This document shows, in pieces, positions 44,966-58,449 of a stretch of DNA of 64,000 nt (the first letter of the stretch is position 1; every line of letters starts with the position of its first letter). The notes under the pieces are model-generated. The model was not told where the DNA came from, made no database searches, and saw only the letters and a program-made list of their open reading frames with translations. The position numbers and the translations under genes were made by a program. The DNA comes from the human T2T-CHM13v2.0 reference genome, Homo sapiens: assembly GCF_009914755.1 (NCBI RefSeq), contig NC_060932.1, one strand, 5' to 3'.

Positions 44966-46227
44966 CAAAATTCAAAAGCATAGTAGGTACTTAATATTTA
45001 TTCATTTCCATGGTCTCCTCTTTGTAAAGGCATCAAAAATATTTTGTCTTGACTCATGCAGTTTGATTTTAATCCACAATTATTGTATAGCTATAAGCTA
45101 CAAACGGGGTGGGGGAAGACTTGAGGTCAAACTCTAGAATTTATATTTTAAACTTTCAAGCATTCCCTTTAAAATTATTTTCTGCAAAGAAAAAAATAAC
45201 TGGGCCTTTTGATGTTAGCAATATTTATTTTATATTTGGTAAGATGATGATACTTGGGCTTTTTGTGTTTTAATAATATATTTTTTTAAAAAGATTGAGA
45301 AGTTTATTAATTATTGTTAATAAGTTTCGCCAGAGGATCAAGATGGTTCATAAGCCAAGTATACCCAATACTGCCAACTGTGAAGCATTTATTTTATAAA
45401 GACAAAAATACATTTTTGTTTCTAATACTCTCATATAGTCTTTTCCCCTTTATAGCGTGGGGGCTGCTTGGGAGAAGATGGGAATACTCTCTTCTGGAAA
45501 CAAAATTTATAAGACTGAGCTGGATTTCTGTGGGCTGGGAAGAGTTTATAAAAACAAAAATCCACTTTAAATTTTTGTTGTACTCATTATTGCTCAGCTT
45601 TTCATTTGGCCTTTTTAAAAATTTGAAAGTGCCTCAGGCTACCCCTTGCCAGGGAGGTCTGTGAGTTTCTGTCTGCACTGTCTGCACTGCCTGCAGCTGA
45701 GACGAGTTCAGCTCAAGGGTGAAGGAGTGGTTCCGGGTCCTTTTTCAGGATACTTCTTTACAACATACGATGCTGATATTTCAAAACCTATATGACCTCC
45801 AAGTATTCTTTTCAACTGCTTTAGAACCCAGAGAAGAAACGGTATGACTACGAAGAACACCCCGATCTCAACAGTGGCAAAGGGAGTTCGAATGATGTAA
45901 TGGTGGGAGAGGGAGGGCTATCGGAAAGAAGGCAGCACAGCTGGGCTATTTTGATTGTTCACTTCCTTATTCATGCACAACACGATCAGCCAGTCTATCC
46001 ATATGAAGTCAGTGACAACTGTACGCTTCTCAGTGGTTTGGAGTCTCTCCTAATACCAGACTGACTACCAGAATAATTTCCAGTGAGCCAGGTACTAGGA
46101 ACAGATCAATAACATTCAATACCTACTACTTTGTGCACATAAAAATTATTAGTAGCATTAATTTGATTAAATTATGTCACAAAGCATATAATTTACAAAA
46201 ATGAATTTATCTTTTAAAATTTGGTTG

Positions 46228-46522
46228 TTTTTTTTTTTGGGGGGGGGGGACAGGGTCCTCTCTTTGTCACCCAGAATGGAGTACAGTGGGGTGATCTCAG
46301 CTCACTGCAACCTCCAAATCCCAGGGTCAAGAGATCCTCCTACCTCAGCCTTCTGAGTAGCTGGGACTATGGGCACACGCCTCCACGCCTGGCTACAGTT
46401 TTTGTAGAGACAGGGTTTCACCATGTTGCCCAGGCTGGTCTCAAACTCTTGGGCTCAAGTAATCTGCCTGCCTTGGCCTTCCAAAGTGCTAGGACTACAG
46501 GCGTGAGGCACTGTGCCTGGCC
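46228..46522 (-). mobile_element. Alu (AluJ-like)
   Basis: Reverse-complement Alu with a T/G homopolymer tail. Confidence 0.88.
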
Positions 46523-46941
46523 TAAATTTAGTTTTACTTTTTAATTTTTTCAGTGTCCCGTAGATTTGGTAGGGAAAAAAATGAACTACTTATATAATAG
46601 GTGACAATGCTCTCAAATTAGGGCAAGGTTTTTTTTTTTCTTTTCTTTCCCCTTTTAATTCCTAAAAGCTAGCATTTAAATCAAGCTTTCAGCAACAGAT
46701 AGAGACTACCTTGGAAACCCACAGCATTATCAAAATTGAAACTAGAGTGTAAAACTAGACAGAAGAACCTTTTTCAAACTTGAATACAGGGCACACTTCT
46801 GAGAGTTGGAACTGAGTCAGCACTATCCTATTCCTAATAAATGAGGGGAAAAAACCTTAATGGAATCACACGCAAACTCTTTCAAAGTATTATTTCCTTC
46901 CACACATTTATATTATCAAGCTTTAGAAATGAGTCAACATA

Positions 46942-47240
46942 GGCTAGGTGCAGTGGCTCACACCTGTAATCCCAGCACTTTCGGAGGCAGAGGCAGGCAG
47001 GTCGCTTGAGCCCAGGAGTTTGAGACCAGCCTGGGCAACATAGGGAGACCCCGTCTCTACAAAAAAAATACAAAAATTTGCTGGGCATGGTGGCGCACAC
47101 CTGTAGTCCCAGCTACTTGGGAAGCTAAGGCAGGAGGATCACTTGAGCCCAGGAGGTTGAGCTGCAGTGAGCTGAGATCAAGCCACTGCAATCCAGCCTG
47201 GGTGACAGAGGGAGACCATGTCTCCAGAAAAAAGAAAGAA
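46942..47240 (+). mobile_element. Alu (AluJ-like)
   Basis: Full Alu. TSD AGAAATGAGTCAA at 46925-46937 and 47237-47249. Confidence 0.9.
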
Positions 47241-47861
47241 ATGAGTCAATATGGTCTAATGTAAAGAGAACAAACCTTCTAGTCCAAGATCAAGATTTCC
47301 ATCAGGCTATTACTTACTAGCTATGTGAACTTGGCCAAACCACTTCAGCTCCGAGTGTCTTTATTTCTTTATGTGTAAAGTGAAAATATTACGAAGACTC
47401 TCATGAGGTTTAAACAAAATGATGCCTGTGGATGGGCCAGGCATGATCTCTAAGACACATGCATATGTAAATAACTACCTGTATTTATAAGTGGCATAGT
47501 CATGAATAGGTAACAAATCTAGTGTATCAGAGACCACACAGAAAGAGATAAAATGCAGTAATTATTATAGACTATACCACCTTATATTTTATAGAACTTT
47601 ACAGTTTACAAACCACCTTTGCATATACAAGTGAGCTGTTTTAGAATTTGTAATGAAGCAGCTTAATACAAAATACAAATAACATTTATTTCATTAAATG
47701 TTTTAATAGTTCAGAATAATTTCCAGTCACTAACCTGAAAAACCTAAAAGTAATCTTGAATAAAGGAAATTATGTTGCATGATAAACAACTGAACCAAAA
47801 TAATGTTAGAAAATTAAAAATTTATTTAAATTGCAACAAATACTGAAAAAGTATCACAAAG

Positions 47862-48149
47862 GGCCAGGCGTGGTGGCTCACGACTAATTTTAATTCCAGC
47901 ACTTTGGAAGGCCGAGGTGGGTGGATCACCTGAGGTCAAGACTTCGAGATCAGCCTGGCCAACGTTGTGAAACCCCATCTCTACTAAAAATACAAAAACT
48001 AGCTAGGCGTGGTGGTGCACAACTGTAGTCCCACCTACTCGGGAGGCAGAGGCAGAGGCAGGAGGCTTGAACCTGGGAGGCGGAGGTTGCAGTGAGCCAA
48101 GATCACACCACTGCATTCCAGCCTGGGTGACAAAGTGGGGGGAAAAAAA
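47862..48149 (+). mobile_element. AluS
   Basis: Dimeric Alu flanked by TATCACAAAG. Confidence 0.9.
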
Positions 48150-51100
48150 CTATCACAAAGTAGTATAATTGCCCTTTAGCATGAAGGGCTTAGAGACAAT
48201 CAAACCAAGCATTTGAAAAAGATCACTGCATTGGTGTACATGACAGAGATACAAATGAGAAAACTTGTATTATCTCTAGTGCCACATGTGTAGTCCAAAC
48301 ATGTAACAAGAGCCATGTGCATAATGCAATGGTATTACTATCATGTGTTATCTTGTACTTCTGGTCATAATTAAGGTTTTACTGCTTGATCAAGGGCTTC
48401 GTTATTTTAGAAAAGAAAAAGAAAAAAAAACCCAAACACAATAATCCACCAAACAAAACCCCCAAGTTTATACCTTCAAAATATTTAAAATACAGCTTTA
48501 CTCATTGATTTGGAAATACCTGATTTCTAGGGTAATTTTAACCCACACAACCATTGGTTAAGCACTCCCTCCCCACAGAGGCCACACCTCCTCTTTCAGC
48601 ATACTTACAGGTCCCTTATGATAGACTGCAGCACCTGACTTTCAGATATGTTCCAAGTTGTACCCGAGCTCCACAACAAGCACAAGTTTCCTTATAACTT
48701 AATAATTAGGCTTAAAAAAAAGACTTCTACAGGTTCTCAGAACAATACAGGCAGGGACACATGTTGTTCTGTTAGATATTTTTATAAATCTCTGTTAATC
48801 TTACACTTATTTTTGTAGAGAAATACTGTGTGAATTTCAAAGATACACTGTTCATATATTCAACATCAACTGTCACTGCAATCTTACTGAAGGTGATCCA
48901 ATAACTACCTTTATTTTGCAACAAAATATGAAAAAGTACCTGGTATCTTCTCTCCGGAATGTAAGGATATTGCTTTATTTGCCAACAAGAGAGACCCACA
49001 AAGAGCGACAAACTGTCCTAAAGTTATCTAGATCCTCGCTTTTTCTGTTGGTTATCCTCTCTACCCCTGCCCAACATCTCCTAGGAAGGAATCTAGAACC
49101 ATTTATAATGATTCCTAGGAAAAAATCAAGAACAATTTACAGTGACAAGCTTACAGGTAATCCCTTGAGAGCCCCAGTGACACTGGTCGGTCCAAATATT
49201 CCTGCCTTTCTGCTGTCGGTTCCCGCTACCCAGAATGCATTCCTCTAAGACCCAGCACACCTCCATACCTTACTCAGGAATTCATGGATTTATTTAAAAA
49301 CAATTACAAAACTTATATCCCAGACAATAAAGAGATAAACAGAACATGTCTTTACATGCAATGGGTTCATGGTTTTGTGGACAAGATGGTTTCTAAAACA
49401 CAATGACATTTATTTTAGGACTATGCATAAGAGAGAAATGTACAGTGCACTATAGAGCTCTGAGGAGGAAGAGTCCAGATCTTCTTAAAGTACTCAGGAA
49501 AGCTTTCTATGAGGTACTGACATATGAACCCAGACTTGGGTCAGGTAAGAACTCTTTGGTTGTGAAGAAAAATGGGAGAGCCAGACAAATCCCATGAAGA
49601 CTCTCCATCTTCATTGACACTTGGGAGTGTAACAGTTCATCAGTACAGGGGAGCAAACTCTCTCAAATTGCTCATGACAGGCAATAGAGCCTAGAGGGTA
49701 ATAATGACCTGAGTTCCGATCCTAGTGCCATCATTTTCAAGCTGTGTGACACTGAATAAGTTTGTTTACCTTTCTGAATTTAATTCTTCATATCTGTGAA
49801 ATGGAGAGATAATAAATACCTTGCAAGGCCACTGTGGGATTAAATAATATTTAACAATTATGAAGGGCTTTACAATCCCACACGAGTTAATACATGTGCA
49901 GGTTTACTGTCATACAGAAACACAATTTTAAATAACTTTCCTGTTGCTCTCAATTCATCTGCTTTATTTTAATTCACTATCTATGGTTTGACTCTTTCAC
50001 CAAGAATGTAAACTCTATAAAGGGAGGGACGTGGCTTTGTTTTCTAGCAGACTCCAGTATCTAGAATAGTGCTCAGCACGCTGCAGGCACTCAAGAACTA
50101 TCTGTTGGCCGGATTAATGTAAAACAGAAATGTAAAACTGAGGTCTCTTCAATCCCGCAGGGCTTGTTAGGGGTTAAATGAAGTATCGTATGACAGAAAA
50201 ACAAGTAATTGCAGCTGGCATACAGTTGATTGCAGCCTCACCCCACTATCCTAGACACTGAACACGCTTACTGTGGAGAAGCACATGCAGAATTTCACAA
50301 GGATCCAGGAGCAGTAGGGCCTCTACCTTGGTGTGTCAGCACTACATCCCACATAGTACGGTGTTTCCAGGTTGGCAGGTAAGAAATAACCCTGGGATTT
50401 AGTAAGATTACCGTTTTTCTAGGTATCGGCTTAACAAAGATGTCCCTAGAAATGTGAATTACCAGCTCTGGGGCTAAGTGCAATGTACTGGTTCCTGGCC
50501 AGCTAGGCTTATCAGTTTTTAGGTTTTATGGTTTTGTGGAAGATAGAAACATATCACACCATTGAATGTCAGGATGACAGAAGGAAAAAAGGATGGGAGG
50601 AAGAAGGGAGGGAGGGCCGGCAGGCAAGAAAAGAAAAGAAATATACCACACTTGTTTCTCTGGTTCCACCTAAGTAAGCAAGCAGTAGGGGAATGACTAA
50701 GGACAAACAGGACTCCGAACAATTAATGCCATGTCATTAAATATCCACTGGACACCACTTATTCTTTGCTTGGATTTGTAAATCACCTAAGTGATAGTCA
50801 TATATTGAAGTATCACTAACTCTGAAAGTGAAACTATTTTTATATGTAATGATGAAAAGAGCAAGTCTGGATGGAACAGCTCAAGCAGAACAACAGAGAT
50901 AAGGAGGATGGGAGAGCCACAGCCACCAACTTTTTTTTGGCTAAAAAACAATGTAGATGAGGAGGTGAGGGAAGACTGGAGAAGTGGGTGGTGGGCAGAT
51001 AATGAAAGGTCTTGGAGGGCTAAGCTGAGGAGCCCAAACTTCATCTGATGGATACTAAATGATTACTAAAAGTTTCTGACCAGAGAACTGCCTATTTAAA

Positions 51101-52244
51101 TCAACATGGTAGCAATCTAAGAGCATGGAGAAGGTACTGAAGTATGAACTCCTAGTTACGGAATACCTAGGAAGAAAAAATGAAAGCACGATCACAAGTA
51201 ATTCAGGGGGGTGTTAAAGCCAGACATTAGAGTTTGAATAATGACTCCAGATTTTAGCAGCTATGTAACCTTGGACAAATTATTTAGCCTCTCTGGAACA
51301 TAGTCTCCTCAGCTTTACAACAAGAAAACTATCTTATAGGCCCTTTGTTGTAAGGACTAAATGAGATGATACATGTACAAGAACATAGAACTTAAACCTG
51401 AGCCTGGAACACAGTACTCATAAAATGCCAGCTAACTTTATTCCTCTTAATGGGGTTCTGAAATAAGAAGAAAACACTGAGATCATAAAGTGGGGGTTGG
51501 CTGGAAGAAGTAAAATCCAAGTTTGGTGATGACCAGCTGCTAAAAGACACATCTGAGGTTTAAACCTTGAATGGAGAGTATTGATTAAAAGAGATTAGTA
51601 AAACAGGAGGAACAAGATTTGAAGGCACTGCTGGGGCCTATTTTATTACATTTCATTACTTTGTTACCCAAAGACAGATGCCAGGAATAGTCCTTATTAA
51701 CATAATGGGACATTTCCCTTCTCTCTTGATCAAGCCTGGGGAGACTGTGGAGACAGTGTGTGGCAAGCACCAAAAGGGCAGTCCCCGGGGCTCATCCCAA
51801 AAGCTGCTTTACAGTTTGGCAAGAAGACGGACCAAAGGGCCTGCGAGTTATTCAAAGCCCTGCTCAAATCTCACCTACTCTACAGAACATCCTGCAGAAC
51901 ATCCTTTGATGCCCAGCAGTTGCTCCCTCCTCCAGACTCCTGTGACTGTAGCATGTGTGGTGGTCTTTCTCTCTCCAACTAGATTACAAACTCCGTGAGG
52001 GCCTGGCAAGTTTGCCAATTCTCTGTACCCACTACAGACTGAACAAATGCAAATGCTGAGTGCTGTTTACTGCCCCAGTGTCACTACTGGAAACTAGGGC
52101 TACTCCAAGAAGTCACGATTAAGCTTATAAGGATGATTAACTGTTTACCTGAGAACATGCTGGCAACCCCGAAGCTTCCATAAGACCAGCTCTAGCATTC
52201 CAACCTTCTCTCTACTTAGTTAGGAAGTGAGCAATGATTTCTCA

Positions 52245-52745
<501 letters not shown>

Positions 52746-53458
52746 TCAGAAATGTAACATATATGTATGCACATATATAAGAACAAATTACATATGTGTG
52801 TATATGGTTACGTATGTATATATGTGCATATACAGATGGTATATGTATTTTAAGATATCAAATGGGCCCACAGAAGATGCTTTCTCATCCTCCCCCTTTC
52901 CTTTATTTCCCACATTTTTAAATGGGAAAAAAGGCATATCTATTTTGAAACATACCAAGGAAAGTACAACACACTTAATTGCACCAGCAAATAGTTAAGA
53001 CAATGCTCATGCCAGAATCTTAACTATATTTTTTAAAAAGCAATACTCAAACACCATATTGTGAAAGACAAAAATTGTTTTAAAATGTCTCACATTTCCT
53101 GAACTTCTTAAAATAAATATGCAAAGTATATTCTACTGAATTGCAAGATAAATTATAATGGCAACTTCATTCTGGATAAGATTAACATGATATTAAAACC
53201 CAAAAATAATTTGGAATTCTATACAACTTGCTGAGTGATCTGGTATTTTATCTATGTCCCATCTTAAAAAAAAAAAAAAAAAACTATGAGCCATACTTAA
53301 AACTATTTAATGATGGTAAAATTATGCAAATTTGGATAGCCAGAATGCTTATTTTCATAAGCTATTCTAGAACGAAGCAATTATACTAAAAATAGACATC
53401 TATGATCGTCTTACCCCATGAGAGTGCTTTTCGAGGTCTGCTACCTAGAGCCCCTTAC

Positions 53459-53511
53459 CTGACACAGAGACGGCGTGTGTCCGCATGCCTTGCTTTTCGC
53501 TGTTGGCCAAC
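53459..53511 (-). CDS. PTK2: PTK2/FAK coding exon, 53 nt, residues ~L376-S392
   Basis: tgtcacag|GTTGGCC...GTGTCAG|gtaagg; translates LANSEKQGMRTHAVSVS. Confidence 0.98.
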
Positions 53512-54247
53512 CTGTGACAGACAAGAGCAAAGCTGTAAGCCCTGCAATTTCCCCAGGACCCCGCAACTCGGCCTCATCAAGTGGGGAACTGCCTTGGATG
53601 AGGAAGACAAAATTTTAGATACGTGATTTCTTTAAAAATTGGATTCTACTATTAAAATAGCCAGGCTGCTTTAATGCTTTAAAGATCACAAATTAAAATA
53701 CACAACTGAAGGAATGTTGAACTGTTCTGAGAAAGATACTCTTGACAATAATTTAAAACAATGCAATACAATTTAATCTGGTATGAATGGGTTAAATAAA
53801 AATATAAAAATATAAATTTAAATGCTACACACTAAAGGATTGCCCCTAAAGTTATGAGAAAAAAAACATACACCTGGAAGTGGATTTTGCTCTCTAAAAC
53901 ATAATATGAAATACTACAGTATGACTGGTCTTTCTCAAATTTATGGCACATAAAAAATTATCAAGCAATACATTAATATGTACTATTACCTACATACTTA
54001 AAAAAGTAATCTCAATGTATCTTGCTACTTGCTTCATGACATGGTTTAACACTAGTTTTACATATTTACCCACAAAAAATAAAATTTTGGCCAAAAGTCT
54101 TGGTGCCGTTTAAAAAATTGGTAAAAAACTTTTGGAAAGCACAAAACACAGGGAAAAAAGGAGCCACACAGTCTTTAGATGTCAAAGTTACCTGATCTTT
54201 TTATAAGAGAAAACCTTTTCCAGATGAAATATTGACATTTAAAACAG

Positions 54248-54611
54248 TATAGGTTGAATATCTCTTATCCACAATGCTTGGAACAAGAGTGTTTCCAATG
54301 TCAGATTTTTTGGATTTTGGAATGTCTGCATATACAAAATGAGGAATCTAGGGGATAGGACCCAAGTCTAAACGTGAAATCTGTTTATGTTTCATATACA
54401 CCTTATACATGTAACCCAAAAGTAATTTCATACAATATTTTAAATAACTTTGTTCATGAAACAAATATTTGACTGCAACCTGTTACACATGAGGTCACAT
54501 GAGGTCAGGTGTGGAAGTTTCCACTTGCTGCAACATGTTGGTCCTCAAAAAGTTTCCAATTTTGGAGCATTTTGAACTTTGAAGTTCCAGATTAGAAATG
54601 CTCAACTTGTA
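54248..54611 (+). mobile_element. Tigger4/MER46 (Zombi)-like DNA transposon
   Basis: TA-flanked inverted termini taggttgaatatc... / ...atgctcaacttgta, and internal ggacccaagtctaaac...atttcatacaatatttt. Confidence 0.7.
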
Positions 54612-55164
54612 CATCGTTTCGAAGCACTACAACTATTTAATGTGAAACTGTATAATCTCTATAATAATCACAGCAAACAGCCATAGACTTGTGTTCCTTT
54701 TACAGAATTCTCCAAATATTTGAAATTTTATATCTTTAGTATAAAAATTTAATCAAAGTTGTTTTCTAACAACTCATTACTTTCTCTTCCATTGCGCTAC
54801 ATGATTTATCACAACTTATCTTTGAACTATATTTATTGGGCAGTCAGAGGACACACATTTTAAATCAATAAATTACATCATTTCCTTCCCTGTTGTGCTG
54901 CCAAAACACTGGGGTTTTCCCTTGTCTGCGCCACAATTATGTATGCTGTTGCTAAGCAACTTTCTCACGATAGCTTGGATTTCAGCTCTTATCTGATCAA
55001 CAGCAATAATGGTGTCCTGCTGCTATAAGGTTTGTGGAAATTCCACTCTTGTAAAGTTTGCTTCATTTATTTACTTTCCTTTATCTGTTAACACTTGCAA
55101 TGTACTACCTTCCTCACTCACTTTCATACCTATGTTCATGATTCCTCTATGTGTGTGTGTGTCT

Positions 55165-55325
55165 GTGTTTTAAGAAATGGGGTGGAGTCTCACGAAGTCA
55201 CCCAGACTCGAGTGTGGTTGCTATTCACAGGCATGATCATAGTACACCACAGCCTCAAACCCCCGGGCTTCAGTGATCCTCCTGCCTCAGCCTCAGAACC
55301 ACAGGAACATGCCACATTGCCCAGC
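55165..55325 (-). mobile_element. Fossil Alu monomer (FAM-like)
   Basis: gctattcacaggcatgatcatag...gatcctcctgcctcagcctc. Confidence 0.6.
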
Positions 55326-56071
55326 TTTGATTTTAATCCAAAATTATCCCTTAACTTCCCACAACTAAAGGTACTCTAAATAAACATCAGTTCCTGCCCT
55401 GATATGACCCCAAATGAACCTCTATCAGACACTGCTGATGCTGTAGAGTGCACTGTCCAAAGCTAGAGGTGCACTAGCCACATGCAGACCTTGCCTGTGT
55501 GAGGCCCACAGTACTGCATATGACCCTGGCTGTCAGCAACTTGCCAGGTTGGCTGGGGAGGGTAGACAAGTTAAAAGCCCATGTTTAGGACTCTGGTAAT
55601 TAATAACTAGAAACTATTACAGGAAAACATGATGGGGATGCTCTCCTGGCTTGGGGGTGGGTCAATGAGGTTTCTACAGGAAGTGATGTAGAATGCGACC
55701 TAGAAGATGAGTTAGGCTTAGCAACGAAAAGGGGGTTGGAAGAAGAGTGGATCATGCAAAGACAGAATATTGGCAAAGGCCTTCAGGCAAAAGACAGGAT
55801 GTTTGCTCCTGGAATTGAAAAAAAGGTAAATGTACTTGAAGAATAGTATGAGGAGTGACAAAAACCAAGGTTAGAGAAGTGAGCAGGAAACAATCACACG
55901 GGCTCCTGCAAGCTAGGTTAAGAATATTGCAAAGTATCCTAAGAGCAAGAGTAGGTCATGTAAGATATTTAATTAGGAAAGCTTCCTCAAGCTGTAGCAC
56001 AGAGCACGGACAGGCTAAGGAGCAAAACTGGACAGAGACTGATTTAGTAGAAGTACACAGAAAAGAGTTAA

Positions 56072-56548
56072 TGTAGCAGGCCTGTGACTGACCTTACATG
56101 ATTGTCCCTTGCCTGCTATCTGGGAACTTGGATTTTCGCAGAGTTGCCACCATCCCCTGACAGGTATGGTACACTATGCCTAAAATGTTTGTACAAAAAA
56201 TGTGGTTTATGCTGAACTCTTGCTTTCCTTCTGGGAGTCTGGTATTTGGATGCATGCCAGGCACAGAGTGCATGTAAAAAGAACCCTCAATAAAAACCCT
56301 AGGCACCAAGTCTCTAATGAGCTTTCTCAGTAGGCAACATTTCACACAGGTCGTCACAATCCATTGCTGGGGAATTCAGAGTGTCCTGTGGCCTCCATTG
56401 GGAAGGGACCCTTGGAAGCTTGCATCTGGTTTTCCCTGGACTTCACCCCATGCACCTTCATCCTTTGCTGATTCTGCTTTGTATCCATTTGCTGTAATAC
56501 ATCATAGCTGAGTCCTGTGACTCCTAGATCTTGGGGAACCCCAACACA
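56072..56548 (+). mobile_element. LTR (MER21/LTR47-like)
   Basis: tgtagcagg start, aataaaaaccctaggcacc, gggaagggacccttggaagcttgc, tttgctgattctgctttgtatcc, ttggggaaccccaacaca end. Confidence 0.65.
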
Positions 56549-57338
56549 GAAGTGTACTTGGGTAGCCCAGATAGCTAAACACGGGGGAGACACAGTGGGA
56601 AGGCAGTGAAGCAGATGGATCCATTTAGAACATGGAACTGGAGGAAATAGTAAGGGACTGGCTATGGAGAAGAAGGAGAGGGACAGAACAAAGCCCAGGC
56701 CTCACCCTCTCTATTCCAGTGGCCTCTTAGGCTCACTGTTCTTCTTCAGTGTCTTGGAAAGTGTAAATATCTCTGAAAGCACTTACCACACAGCTATAAC
56801 TGTGTGTTTACCTATGTATCTGATTGTTTAGATTTTAACATTCATATCTTAGTCCCCAGTTCCTAGCAAATTGGCTGAGAATATAAAATTATATAAGTTC
56901 TTTTGGTATTACTATTCGATTCTTTTAGTTTTGTAGATCAACATGCCCACTATAAAATTAGGAAATAAACAAGAAAATTAACATAAATTATTTCTCTTTA
57001 ATTTTCATACTTGTAAAATAGCCAGAATGCCACATATTTTCAGGTTCTTGTAAAGATTAGCAATAACATATGAAGCAAATGTTTAACAACAGGCTCTCAA
57101 CATTATGATTATTCTTTAGCTCCCCCATAGAACTTAAAGGAAAAATTAAAACCTTTTGATTAAGCCTAAATACTTAATAAAATTTAAAACTGACTTGATT
57201 TCTTTCTAGAATTGTTTCCTAGTTCCTTGATCATGTATATTGAATTTAATTTTTTTAGGAAAATGAATAATAAAGCATAGAAATTTCCTTAAACTTTCCA
57301 ACAAAACAAAATAACAGTACAAAAAAAGCAGTACTTAC

Positions 57339-57369
57339 TTTGGTATTGATGGCAAAGCCCGTTCACCTT
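57339..57369 (-). CDS. PTK2: PTK2/FAK coding exon, 31 nt, residues ~E365-K375 (RALPSIP Src-SH3-binding motif)
   Basis: ctttttccccgcag|AAGGTGAACGGGCTTTGCCATCAATACCAAA|gtaagt; translates EGERALPSIPK. Confidence 0.97.
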
Positions 57370-58449
57370 CTGCGGGGAAAAAGAAAAGAGATGCATAAGG
57401 CTCTTTTCACTCCTTTTGAAAAGATGGTGCCTAGAATCAGGGAGGAAGGATGAGGCCTATACTGGTATTCCAGCAATGACCCTTTAAAGAAAGTTGCTAC
57501 ACTGTCTACCTTAGGTTCTCATGGTTTTATTTTCAATATTTATAACAAACATAAACTGAGTATTAGATACAATTGTTTAAAGGGTACTGCCTAATCATAA
57601 TAAAGAACTAAGATGCTAAGTTGGTGAAAGACTTCGTTTGCAGGAGACTAAAAGATGAAGGGTTTCTTATGATTAGTCAACACTCCTTGTCAAAGGACCA
57701 GGCATTCTGCACTTTGATAAAACTACTCACTAGTAACAACAGAAAAACCTGTGCAGGAAGCACAGAGAAACAGAAGGAAAACAATTCTACAGGTGTGCAT
57801 GGCTGCCAACGGAATGAATGTATGAGAGAAGGCAAGTCCTGGAGCTGTCATCTAAAGGAGCCGTGCACACAGCTGGCTGGAAGGTGAGCCAGGCAGCTAT
57901 CTACCACAGTTCAGGGTGAGCTCCCTTTTTGCTGAGCAGGACACAGTGACTGGCTCATGCCGGCCTGACCACAGTGAAGCTGAGGACTTCGTTCAATGGT
58001 GAGGGAAACGCTTTCTTTCCCTCAGCCTTCATTTCGCAAACCAGGAAACATGGAGCCCTCTCTGGTTTAACCTCTTTAATCTGAATTAATGTAACAGCCC
58101 CCTAATTGGTCCTGTCTTCTAATCCATCTGAGCTAAATTATTTCAGAATAATCTTCCCAAATTACCAATTCATCAATCAAGCAAGTTATTATGCTTAACA
58201 TTTTAGTGTCTCTCAAAAACTTTCAGGATGAGATTTAAACACCCCAGCTTAATTTACAAAGCACTGCTTCACTTCTCTCAGCACACAAACACTGCTCTGG
58301 CTGTCATCTTTGTATCGTGTCTGTGGGGTGGTATGGGAGGCTGAGGAGGCACCCATCTACCACTCACCACTCTGGTGCCCTTCTAGGCAGCTCCTTGGTA
58401 ACACCACTCGTGTAGTCACACTTGCTGTCCACGGTTCCTCTCCTTACTT

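Noticed and set aside
45820-45860. NPEKKRYD resemblance to a DnaJ helix IV motif
   Set aside because: Match too short, with no HPD motif or other J-domain features.
48603-48722. Pseudoexon-like pair (ttttttttaag acceptor, CCT|gtaagt donor, 102 nt)
   Set aside because: Immediate stop in phase and no supporting evidence. Typical background pseudoexon.
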